A stretch of DNA of 62,822 nucleotides, the filler included, from Sanchytrium tribonematis (taxonomy: Eukaryota): NCBI GenBank assembly GCA_018985235.1. It is 5 parts of 5 records of this genome, joined end to end, with 100 filler letters (N's around TTAATTAATTAA, not from the genome) between each part and the next. Parts side by side here need not be neighbours in the genome. Positions count along the whole stretch, not along the records: positions 1 to 12,556 come from JADGIG010000212.1; 4 more parts are not named here. The stretch is one strand, 5' to 3'. Position numbers and translations under genes: made by a program. The notes under the pieces were generated by a model that was not told the origin of the DNA, did no database searches, and saw only the letters and a program-made list of their open reading frames with translations. The first letter of the stretch is position 1; each line of letters opens with the position of its first letter. Shown here piece by piece: positions 1 to 8,735 of this stretch.

Positions 1-219
1 ATTATTGCATTCAAAGTTTGCACAAGGAAAAGCATTAACACAAAAAGGACATTCATAATCCTCATCTTTGGGAATCACTCGCAAATTCCCATTAACACAA
101 GCATCGTGATACCAATTCGAGCATTTGATGCACAGTACATACGGCATATTATCACCTGGCTTGTCGCAAATACAATATTTTTTGCGAAGACCTTCTAATT
201 GGAATCCAACTTCTGACAT
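1..219 (-). CDS. PHD-finger protein, 5' part (Spp1/CFP1-like), runs off window
   Basis: Not in ORF track; manual translation MSEVGFQLEGLRKKYCICDKPGDNMPYVLCIKCSNWYHDACV...YECPFC gives a C4HC3 PHD finger followed by a further CxxxxC. Confidence 0.75.
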   Translation of the reverse strand, partial: MSEVGFQLEGLRKKYCICDKPGDNMPYVLCIKCSNWYHDACVNGNLRVIPKDEDYECPFCVNAFPCANFECNN

Positions 220-364
220 GGAGTTTTCTCGTTTTTATTAATTAAAACATATTGATGATATTAGTTTACCAAAAATACTGTTCAATGTACTACCAATCAA
301 GAGTATTGATTTCACAATTTGATTTTTGGGATTCTAAAGGGATTCAAGGAGAACACACAATAGA

Positions 365-2077
365 ATGCCGTCCACTACAATAACAACTGATCAAGTTCTA
401 AGTTATTTGAAAGAAAAATTACCGGCCACTGATTACGATCACGTCTCTTCTTTGTTGACAGTTGATTCGCATCAAATGAAATCTTTAAGTGATGAGGAAA
501 TGCAAGAAGTGTTGAGTCAATCTTCTTCTTCTAGTTCATCGTCATCGAGTGACTCTTCTTCTGATGAGGAAGATACCAATGATAAAAAAGTTTCAGTGCA
601 ATCAAAAGCATCGTCGTCATCCTCCAGCTCAAGCGAGGAAAGTTCTGAAGATGAGGCCAAAAAAATGTTAAAGTCTGCTCAAATACAGGTTAAAACTACT
701 GCCGCAACTGACAGTAGCTCTGACAGTTCCGACAGTAGCAATTCTGAATCTCCAATGAAATTGAATACAGTGCCAAAAGCATTATCCTCGTCGTCAGAAT
801 CAAGTACCAGCGAAAGCGACTCAGAAATGGAAGAAGCCGAAATTAAGACCAATACAGATAATAAAGTTGAAGATAAGTCGTCGTCGTCCTCAAGCTCGTG
901 TTCATCTGATTCAGATGCGGAAACCACTCCCAAAACCACAGTCGTCCAACCATTAAAATCCATGCTTGACACTAGCTCAGATTCTAGCAGCGAATCTAGT
1001 TCCGCTTCTCCAGTTAAAAACTTGCAACTTAAGGATGGAAAACAAATTTCAGCATCCTCATCGTCATCTTCATCATCTTCCGATAGTAGTGATGATGAAA
1101 TTACTAAGAAACCTTCTCCTAAAAAAATTGTCTCCAAGTCAAAGATGGTTTCTTCGTCGTCTGAAAGCTCTTCGTCAAGTAGTGAAAGCGAATTGGAGAA
1201 TGTGCCTGCTGTAGCTGTTCTAGCAACAATTTCTTCCAGTTCTGATACAGACTCAAGTAGCAGTAGCGATGAGAGCGACACCGAACAACGTAATGCCACT
1301 AAAATTAAGTCTGATATCAAAAAGGGAACTTCAAGCTCATCTTCCGATAGCTCAGAGGATGAAGTAGAAAAGCCAGTTGCTGTCATAGCAAACAAATTAT
1401 CGAATTCTTCTTCCAGCGACTCAAGTAGCAGCTCTTCAGAAGAATCCGATGTAGAGGATAACAGTGTTGTAGTTAAGAGCAAAACGATTGCACTTGTTAA
1501 TGTGTCTAGTTCTTCAAGTTCCTCTGACTCATCAAGCTCTGAAGACGAGGCTAACACTAAAGTTGTCGCAAAGATGTCTCTAGATGCGAACAGTTCGTCT
1601 TCTTCTTCGTCGTCGTCCTCTTCTTCGTCTGATGAAGAACCAATTGTAAAAATTAAAACTGAAGAAAGTAAAGCGTCTCCATCCAGCAGTAGCTCTAGTA
1701 GTTCCGAAGATAGCGATGATGAGATGTCAGAATCTGAAGACGTCAAGGATGTTATAAAGCCAGCTAAAGCTGTGTATGAGTATCCAAAATCTGGAGAAAA
1801 ACGAAAAGCTGAACCAATTTCCCACTCAACAAAGCAGAAAAAAGGCAACAATGCTGAAGGTAGATTTCAAAGAATCAAAAATGTCGTTGTGGAACATGAG
1901 CAACTAAAAGATAACACATATCAAGGTGACCGAGGTGAATTTGGCTTCGAGGCGGCCAAAAAGTTAGGTACTACCAAAGGTAAGAGCTTTAGACACGAGA
2001 AGAATAAGAAGAAAAGAGGCGGTTATAAAGGTGGATTTATAGACACCTCTGTTAAAAGTTTTAAGTATCCTGAGTAA
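365..2077 (+). CDS. SRP40: Srp40/Nopp140 nucleolar phosphoprotein
   Basis: Alternating Ser/acidic and Lys-rich tracts; C-terminal RFQRI...KGKSFRHEKNKKKRGGYKGG.ID.SV.SFK SRP40_C motif. Confidence 0.92.
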   Translation: MPSTTITTDQVLSYLKEKLPATDYDHVSSLLTVDSHQMKSLSDEEMQEVLSQSSSSSSSSSSDSSSDEEDTNDKKVSVQSKASSSSSSSSEESSEDEAKKMLKSAQIQVKTTAATDSSSDSSDSSNSESPMKLNTVPKALSSSSESSTSESDSEMEEAEIKTNTDNKVEDKSSSSSSSCSSDSDAETTPKTTVVQPLKSMLDTSSDSSSESSSASPVKNLQLKDGKQISASSSSSSSSSDSSDDEITKKPSPKKIVSKSKMVSSSSESSSSSSESELENVPAVAVLATISSSSDTDSSSSSDESDTEQRNATKIKSDIKKGTSSSSSDSSEDEVEKPVAVIANKLSNSSSSDSSSSSSEESDVEDNSVVVKSKTIALVNVSSSSSSSDSSSSEDEANTKVVAKMSLDANSSSSSSSSSSSSSDEEPIVKIKTEESKASPSSSSSSSSEDSDDEMSESEDVKDVIKPAKAVYEYPKSGEKRKAEPISHSTKQKKGNNAEGRFQRIKNVVVEHEQLKDNTYQGDRGEFGFEAAKKLGTTKGKSFRHEKNKKKRGGYKGGFIDTSVKSFKYPE

Positions 2078-2083
2078 TAAATT

Positions 2084-3058
2084 TTATTTATAATATTGTT
2101 TAATATCGTCTGTTGTTATGTCACATTCCTTAGCACAAGTAGTTCCACATTTTTTGTACCTGACAAAAGAGTCTTTTAACCCTTTCAGTGACATATTATG
2201 AATCAAAAAGGCCTTTTTACTACATTTGTTAGCCCAAGGTGAGTCGAGTTTCTTCCCATGCCGGCCAATTTGTGGAAGTATGTAAGGTGTGTCAATTATT
2301 CGCACATTTAAGCCAGCGAGCCATATACCAACCAAGGCATCTTCATTTGGCATAATTTTAAGCATTCCGAGCTTGAAATTTTCACCAATCCAAGAAACTA
2401 TATCAATTGTCAGGCCATAACCTGCACCGGCATTGTAATGTGGATATTTGATAGAAGTATAATCCGGGTTAGCCCATGCGCCGCGTCTGAGAACTCCAGC
2501 CTCTGTGTTCATACTTCCGATCCACAATCTTTCGCTTGGTAAATTTTTGATGATGCTGAAAAAGCCAGTAGGATTAAACCAAACATCAGTATCAGTTTTG
2601 AATATCCATTTCAAATTTGGATATGTATTTTGGCTGGATTCATAAATCCACTGATAAATCATTGCCATTTTCAAACTCAAATCCTTATAAGACTCTTTAA
2701 AATTCAACTTGATGATGTCGCCAAATTCAGCAATTTCATCGTCTATTTGATCTAATTCCCATCTATAATGACCTTTGATGCCTAGAAAAAATAATAATTT
2801 GGTATTCTCAGGAAGTGTTTTTTTCCAAGTATTTCTAATAAACTCTCTATACTCTTTCTCGATATCAGTATTAGTAATAGGTATGACAACTAACATGGAT
2901 ATCCCAGGATTTAGCACAAGTCTTGGATTGCCATCTATAATAGTCCCAGTTTGTTTTACGATTTCTGCCTTGTATTGAATTAATATTAGAATGACAATAA
3001 AATAAAACAAGGAAGGAATACAACTAAATCTTTGTTTCATTAAATTTCTGATCTGCAT
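2084..3058 (-). CDS. GT31 beta-1,3-galactosyltransferase-family glycosyltransferase
   Basis: N-terminal TM; R..IRNTW, GDII..F.ESY..L..K, KTDTDVW, YPHYNAGAGY and EDALVGIW motifs; start at ATG 3058 or 3040. Confidence 0.85.
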   Translation of the reverse strand: MQIRNLMKQRFSCIPSLFYFIVILILIQYKAEIVKQTGTIIDGNPRLVLNPGISMLVVIPITNTDIEKEYREFIRNTWKKTLPENTKLLFFLGIKGHYRWELDQIDDEIAEFGDIIKLNFKESYKDLSLKMAMIYQWIYESSQNTYPNLKWIFKTDTDVWFNPTGFFSIIKNLPSERLWIGSMNTEAGVLRRGAWANPDYTSIKYPHYNAGAGYGLTIDIVSWIGENFKLGMLKIMPNEDALVGIWLAGLNVRIIDTPYILPQIGRHGKKLDSPWANKCSKKAFLIHNMSLKGLKDSFVRYKKCGTTCAKECDITTDDIKQYYK

Positions 3059-3109
3059 TACAATTTTATTAAAAGAATTGTGAATGAAAATTTCCCCAAT
3101 CAAAACGAA

Positions 3110-3850
3110 ATGACTGATTCAATTTTGTCGATTCAGAGCCAAGTGATACATGGCTGTGTAGGAAATCAAGCAGCGTCGCATGTTGCTCATATATTGGATA
3201 CGCAAATATCATGTATTCCCACAGCCATTTTTTCAAATCACAAAGGCCATAAATTTTACACCCAAAATTCAATAGATTTAGAGTCATTAATCGACGGATT
3301 GCGTCAGAATGGATTTATGAAATTTACCAAAGTGATCGTTGGATACTTAGGAACGTTAGATGTTGCAAAAATTATATTTAATTTAATAATTGAGATTAAA
3401 GCCTTGAATCCCAAATGCCTGCTTATTATAGATCCTGTTATGGGTGACAATGACCGATTGTACGTTCAAAAAGACCTGGTTGAATTTTACAGATGCACTT
3501 TATGCCCTTTAGCAGACATCATAACGCCAAATGATTTTGAGTCGAATTTATTAAGCGACATGAAATCAGGGCCAATCGTAATAACTACATCGCGCATTGT
3601 GTCTAATGATACTTTATCTTTGATTTGTACATTGAAAGATAAATCATTCTCGTTCAATTTTCCAAGAATTGATGGATGGTTTTGCGGAACTGGGGATATT
3701 TTTTCGAGTATAATTGCTTGCAAGATAAAAGATTTAAATATCAATGATCTGGAAATTACTTGCAAGTATGCAGTCAACTGCTTGCACAATATTTTGATGG
3801 ACAATTTGCATACTAAAGATCTAAAGTTGAAACTAAATCATTTTCAATAA
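3110..3850 (+). CDS. Pyridoxal kinase (Bud16/PdxK)
   Basis: ILSIQSQVIHGCVGNQAA, FSNHKG, DPVMGD, TPNDFE, FCGTGD; first ATG at 3110. Confidence 0.92.
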   Translation: MTDSILSIQSQVIHGCVGNQAASHVAHILDTQISCIPTAIFSNHKGHKFYTQNSIDLESLIDGLRQNGFMKFTKVIVGYLGTLDVAKIIFNLIIEIKALNPKCLLIIDPVMGDNDRLYVQKDLVEFYRCTLCPLADIITPNDFESNLLSDMKSGPIVITTSRIVSNDTLSLICTLKDKSFSFNFPRIDGWFCGTGDIFSSIIACKIKDLNINDLEITCKYAVNCLHNILMDNLHTKDLKLKLNHFQ

Positions 3851-3999
3851 AGAATCAACATTTAATTGAGAGCCAAATTGTTTGCAATTGTCATACCTTG
3901 TTCGCCTAAAATTAATAACGTGATATTAGGGAGATATTCTATTGGTGTTTGTATCAAAGAGGCCAAAACAAACTCGTATTTCTCCTTTTTTCGAGTCCA

Positions 4000-5215
4000 A
4001 TGAATCAAGAAAACCAGCCTCAACGAGTCTTAGCAGATAAAAGCAATATCAAGCCAGAATATGTTCAAGGCAAAAAGAGGGCTCATGCAGTCATGTTTCT
4101 CGATGCGAAAAAGACTAAAAAGAATAGAATTGATGCAGAGAATCAAGAAAATGCAGAGCCTCCCAAAAAAGTCGCGGAGAAGCCGAAAATTGCTAAAATC
4201 AAACCCATTATTCCTATACCAGTCAAAGAGACAGTTAAAGTAATAGAAAAGGTAACGAAAGAAGTAAAAGTAGTCGTCGAGTCTAAAATTTTACCGGACG
4301 AAAATCAAGAAAATGTTGCTCCTATTAATCCTTTTATCAAGGCAGAATTCGAAAATGATGAGGACGATGACCCTTTGATGTGCGCTGAATATATTTTAGA
4401 TATATTATCCTATCTTCGCAAACAAGAAGTGAAAACCCTCGCAAACGATTACACACATGCTAGTATTTCTACAACTGACAGGTTTCGTATTTCAAACGAT
4501 CTTATTGAAACTCATTATATGTTCAAGCTTTTACCCGAAACTATTTACCTCGCCTGCAACATTTTTGACCGAGTAGTCACTAGCTCAAAAGTATCTCGTG
4601 ACCAAGCAACCGCAGTAATGTTAGTAAGTTTATTAATCGCAGGAAAATACGACGAAGTCTCTCCTCCAACAGTCAGACATATTGTAAGAAGAGCTCATGA
4701 CCTTGGCTTAAAATTTCTTACTCAAGAAAAAGTCTATGATATGGAGAATGAAATTCTCGGCGCAGTTAGTTTTGACTTATCATATCCTAATCCGTTTAAT
4801 TTCTTGCGTCGTGCTTCAAAGGCAGATGATTACAATAGCGAAACAAGAACTGTTGCAAAATATTTTATGGAATTGTCAATTGTCGATCATCGATTGGTTG
4901 CGTATGCACCTTCTCGAATTGCCGCTGCTTCATTTTGGTGTGCTACCATGATCTTGCTAAAATGCAAGTGGGTATATTTAATTTATTTAGTCGGAGCAAT
5001 ATGAGTACTATTCGGGATACACTGAGGCTGCACTTTCAGAACCCGTCAATATTATGTTTGATTGTGTCAAATTTCTGCCGGAAAGATCAGTTCTTTACAA
5101 AAAATACAGCAACAAAAGATACCACAGAGTTGGTTTGTTTGTTAATAATTATGTCCAAGATTATTTGGCAAATGAAATTGATTATTTCGAGGCTATAAAA
5201 AAATTGGTATGTTAG
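4000..5215 (+). CDS. B-type cyclin, join(4000..4971,4991..5215)
   Basis: DPLMCAEY, LLPETIYLACNIFDR, KYDE, YPNPFNFLRRASKAD; removing the 19-nt intron adds the cyclin-B tail W|SEQYEYYSGYTE...KKYSNKRY. Confidence 0.9.
4972..4990 (+). other. 19-nt spliceosomal intron, phase 0 (GTATATTTAATTTATTTAG)
   Basis: GT-AG; removal restores the conserved cyclin C-terminal YYSGYTE/KKYS segment in frame. Confidence 0.88.
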
Positions 5216-5249
5216 TTAAAGGCAAGTAAGTAAATCATGTTTTATACAT

Positions 5250-6044
5250 ATGAAACCTAAGTTTGTGTTAAGGGGACACAAAGGTGCTGTCAAGTCGATT
5301 GACTTGCTAGGCAGCAATTTAATTTCATTTGGATTTGACGGAAATATACTTAATTGGAATCTCAAAACCCGCCGACAAACTGAAATGTGTTATGTGGGAG
5401 AAATAAGATTTGCGAAGGTATGGAAAACTTACATTGTTGTTTTAAACCATGAGAGCTTTAAAACTATTGCCCAAAATGGAGATCTTATAAACGAGATCAA
5501 AATTTTGCCTTCTATCACAAATTTTGATATTTTTGGTAGCACAGCTATATTAAATTTGAATGATACTATTGCTCTTGTAGACCTAAATAATATGAACGTG
5601 TTATCAAGTATCAAACCAGAAATTCCTCCAAGCTCATTTTTATTATTGGATGACTTGATTATTATTGGCCAAGAGGATGGCTCAGTGATGCTGACCGATC
5701 GCAACTTAAGATGCATTAAAATTCAAAATTGTCATGTCGAACCTGTTCTTGCGTTATGCTTTCACGAAGGCGTTGTTTTTTCTGGTGGACCCGACTATTT
5801 TATTTCCAAATATACTCAAGGTTCAACCGATCAAATTGTACTTCCGAGTAACGGAACTAGTGCTATAGCATTTGACGGCCAATTTGTATATGTATCTGGA
5901 TGGAAAGGCTTGTACGTTTTAAACAACTCCGGGGTGGTGGATTTCTTTCCAACAAAGCAGCCCTGTACAGTCATCAAAATCATTGACAATTTATTAATTT
6001 TGGCATGTGAAGACTCAAGAATATACGCATTTGATTTACTGTAA
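5250..6044 (+). CDS. WD40-repeat protein (Asa1/GNB1L-like)
   Basis: N-terminal PKFVLRGHKGAV, WD repeats, C-terminal LACEDSRI. Confidence 0.6.
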   Translation: MKPKFVLRGHKGAVKSIDLLGSNLISFGFDGNILNWNLKTRRQTEMCYVGEIRFAKVWKTYIVVLNHESFKTIAQNGDLINEIKILPSITNFDIFGSTAILNLNDTIALVDLNNMNVLSSIKPEIPPSSFLLLDDLIIIGQEDGSVMLTDRNLRCIKIQNCHVEPVLALCFHEGVVFSGGPDYFISKYTQGSTDQIVLPSNGTSAIAFDGQFVYVSGWKGLYVLNNSGVVDFFPTKQPCTVIKIIDNLLILACEDSRIYAFDLL

Positions 6045-6548
6045 GCTATACTCTATCAGATTTTCAAGCTGGCTGAAATTTGTACCATATGAGACTCCAG
6101 TATCTATAGTTTCCATCTCTCCACTTAGTTTGAGTGCCTGTATATGGTCTGATGTAAAAATGATACCTGAATCCATTTCGGGTTCCGCTTTGTGAAAATT
6201 AGTGCTGCTGATGATGTTTTGAATTTTAGGGAAATTGGGCTTTAATTGAAGCAAATAAAGCTCATAATATTGAATGACTTTTTCACAGTAATCGATTTCT
6301 GTTTTTGACATGTTGTGCTTGAAATTTTCAAGTAAATAATAAGGATATTTTTCAATCTTCTGCGTTCTGGTTACTTTGTATTGATTTATCAGATACTCAT
6401 TTCGCAAAATATCGTATTGAAGCACATCGTCATCTATTCTATCAGTGTTGAGTTTGGCTTTATCAATTCTTTGCTCAAGTTCCTCGACATCTTTGTGGTA
6501 CGGTTCAAGATGAGGATGTAATCTTTCATGATGAAGTGCTGCAAACAT
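6036..6548 (-). CDS. SLD5: GINS complex subunit Sld5
   Basis: ERLHPHLEPY (E..AP.LLPY-like) and YLINQYKVTRTQKIEKY (Y.R.R..KIEK) pattern; shortened and divergent. Confidence 0.7.
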   Translation of the reverse strand: MFAALHHERLHPHLEPYHKDVEELEQRIDKAKLNTDRIDDDVLQYDILRNEYLINQYKVTRTQKIEKYPYYLLENFKHNMSKTEIDYCEKVIQYYELYLLQLKPNFPKIQNIISSTNFHKAEPEMDSGIIFTSDHIQALKLSGEMETIDTGVSYGTNFSQLENLIEYSLQ

Positions 6549-6683
6549 TGGGGGTGATGGCGAAAACCTATTTGAATTATTTACGGCTTTTGCAAAGTGA
6601 GGAAGTGGTCCGAAAATTAGTCATAATGCCTCAATGAGCCATTGTCGAAAAACGATAATATTCAATTCCTAGGTTAGTTTTAC

Positions 6684-7166
6684 ATGACAAAGGAGGTACA
6701 GCTGGCATCTGTGAATCTTTATGGGGAAGCCATAACTATGAAAATTCCTAAACAATACTATTCTATTGCACAAATAAGACAAGTCCCTGATAATCAAGAA
6801 GTTTATGTATATGAGGATGACAGTATTATTATCGAGCTGTTAGAATGTGCCGAGAAAAATACTGCTACAGAAGCTATCAGTTTTCATTTTGACGTCATAA
6901 AAGAGGATAATGAAGCAACTGATTCAAAAGTGGATCTATTGGAAGAAATCGCGGTTCCGATAATCGAACAGGGTGGTTTCGGGGCCGTATTAATCGGACA
7001 TCAAGTGGTAAATGAGAAAGAAATTGAAATGGGGATTGTTATGCTGAGGATTCATAATGTAGAAACGGATATAGTGATTACTTGGCATTCCAAGGAAGTC
7101 TCCAGGGATGTTTTAATGCAATTTGCTGAATCAATGGTGATCAATGACTGGAATTTATTTCAGTAA
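6684..7166 (+). CDS. MOG1: Ran guanine nucleotide release factor Mog1
   Basis: LYGEAI..IP, RQVPDNQEV, SIIIELLE, TDIVIT. Confidence 0.9.
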   Translation: MTKEVQLASVNLYGEAITMKIPKQYYSIAQIRQVPDNQEVYVYEDDSIIIELLECAEKNTATEAISFHFDVIKEDNEATDSKVDLLEEIAVPIIEQGGFGAVLIGHQVVNEKEIEMGIVMLRIHNVETDIVITWHSKEVSRDVLMQFAESMVINDWNLFQ

Positions 7167-8577
7167 ATCGTTTTCTCTTCCATTGACCATCTAAATAGTT
7201 TTTGGCTCTCTTTTCAAATTCAAAGTGTAGAAAGGAAGCTAAACCAACTTGAGCAAGTAATATCAGCCAAACTTGAAAGTAATTTGTAACCATTGGCACA
7301 AATTTATAATGAATTAAGATATTATAAATAACCAATGTGGTGTGATGAGATAGATAAAGTGCAAAAGAGATTGTCCCTAGAAATTTAAATAATTTCAAGC
7401 TTAAAAACTTTTTCCAAAGAAAACTTTGATTCAAAAGCATGATTAACGCTATTGCGAAATAAGTCATATGTCTTGTAGTAAGTTTAAGATCTGATATAAA
7501 TTGCAGATCTTCATCCACAAACACCCAATATACGCAGTTCAGTAAAGCAAATAATGTTGCAAGATCTACCACAATTTTTATCACTTTGCTTTTAATATCA
7601 ACCCATGAAAAAACCTTGTAGACCAAAACTCCCAAAAAAAAGGAATAAAAAATTGCTATAGATCTGGAAGTACCAAGCAAATCATTATCAACTGCAAAAT
7701 AACCGAGGAATGCAAAACATTCAAATGTAAATAGCGACCAAGAAATTGGAAAATATCTAATCGAGATAAACATGATTAAATTCATGAGCAACTCGACGCT
7801 GAGAGACCAACTAGGTCCATTGCAAACCGAAATGTATCCAGTTGGATGTGGAATAAATGACCAAATATGAGTAAGCGAAATACACTTTGCAAAATCAGCA
7901 ACAATTAATTCTTCTTTCTTCTTAGTATTAAAGTGCAAAATATAGTAACTTGATACTGCTACGTAGCATAGTTCTGTCACAACATGTAGCGGGAAAAATC
8001 TAGTTAATCTATTCATAATTAGTGTATAAATATTATTGCTTCGCTTTTCATTCCAATAAACTTTTGCCATTATAAAGCCAGAGAGTACAACAAATACTTC
8101 CACCATGGTGTATCCGTACCATTTGATTAAAAATGAAAGAGATCCATTACTTGTTTGTATTGAGGTAAACATATCCGGACCTATGTAGTCCTCTGTAAAT
8201 AGGTGGTGGGAAGCAATTATCAAACTAGCTATGCCTCTGAGTGCGTCTAACTGTAGTAACCTGTCATCTTCTGAAGACACTTCTCTGCTACCAAGTAGGA
8301 TTTCAGAAAAACGAATACCAAGAGTTTTTCTAATTAAATTCATACCTCTTGTCAGTGTTGTTTGGAGAACAGTCCAATAACCAAAAATTAAGTCGTATTC
8401 CTTTATAAACCAGCAAAATTTTGCTGTTGTCATAAGAATAACGATCCACATGGGTATTTCAAACCAAACGTAAAATATTAGGCTCATCATCATTAATATT
8501 ATGAAGTATCCGTATAACTGCACGAAGTTATAATTCGGCATAGATGAACCATCTAATGGGAGGTATTGGTAGGACAT
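7141..8577 (-). CDS. Acyltransferase-3 (OafA/YrhL-like) polytopic membrane O-acyltransferase
   Basis: LDALRGIA...HH, VEVFVVLSGF, R..R..PL, WSLSVE, LGTISFALYLSH. Confidence 0.88.
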   Translation of the reverse strand: MSYQYLPLDGSSMPNYNFVQLYGYFIILMMMSLIFYVWFEIPMWIVILMTTAKFCWFIKEYDLIFGYWTVLQTTLTRGMNLIRKTLGIRFSEILLGSREVSSEDDRLLQLDALRGIASLIIASHHLFTEDYIGPDMFTSIQTSNGSLSFLIKWYGYTMVEVFVVLSGFIMAKVYWNEKRSNNIYTLIMNRLTRFFPLHVVTELCYVAVSSYYILHFNTKKKEELIVADFAKCISLTHIWSFIPHPTGYISVCNGPSWSLSVELLMNLIMFISIRYFPISWSLFTFECFAFLGYFAVDNDLLGTSRSIAIFYSFFLGVLVYKVFSWVDIKSKVIKIVVDLATLFALLNCVYWVFVDEDLQFISDLKLTTRHMTYFAIALIMLLNQSFLWKKFLSLKLFKFLGTISFALYLSHHTTLVIYNILIHYKFVPMVTNYFQVWLILLAQVGLASFLHFEFEKRAKNYLDGQWKRKRFTEINSSH

Positions 8578-8735
8578 TTCTCCGTTGTACTGGAAGATAA
8601 CTTTATGAACAGAACAGACAAATTGCTGTTATATGATTGGACAGAAATTCTGTGATGTCTGCAATTTTCTTGGCGATGGATTGGTACAAGAGTCGTTTAC
8701 CAAAAAAGTGCTTAGAATCTATTTTTCGGACTAGT

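Noticed and set aside
365..1740. TCN/AGY-rich repeats resembling a tandem repeat array
   Set aside because: Poly-Ser/acidic coding tracts of Srp40, not a DNA repeat or CRISPR array
679..1851. 390-aa antisense ORF
   Set aside because: Shadow of the Ser-rich Srp40 codons; low complexity with no independent signal
5207..5221. Possible 15-nt intron GTATGTTAGTTAAAG at the cyclin end
   Set aside because: Lacks A at -6 and restores no conserved sequence
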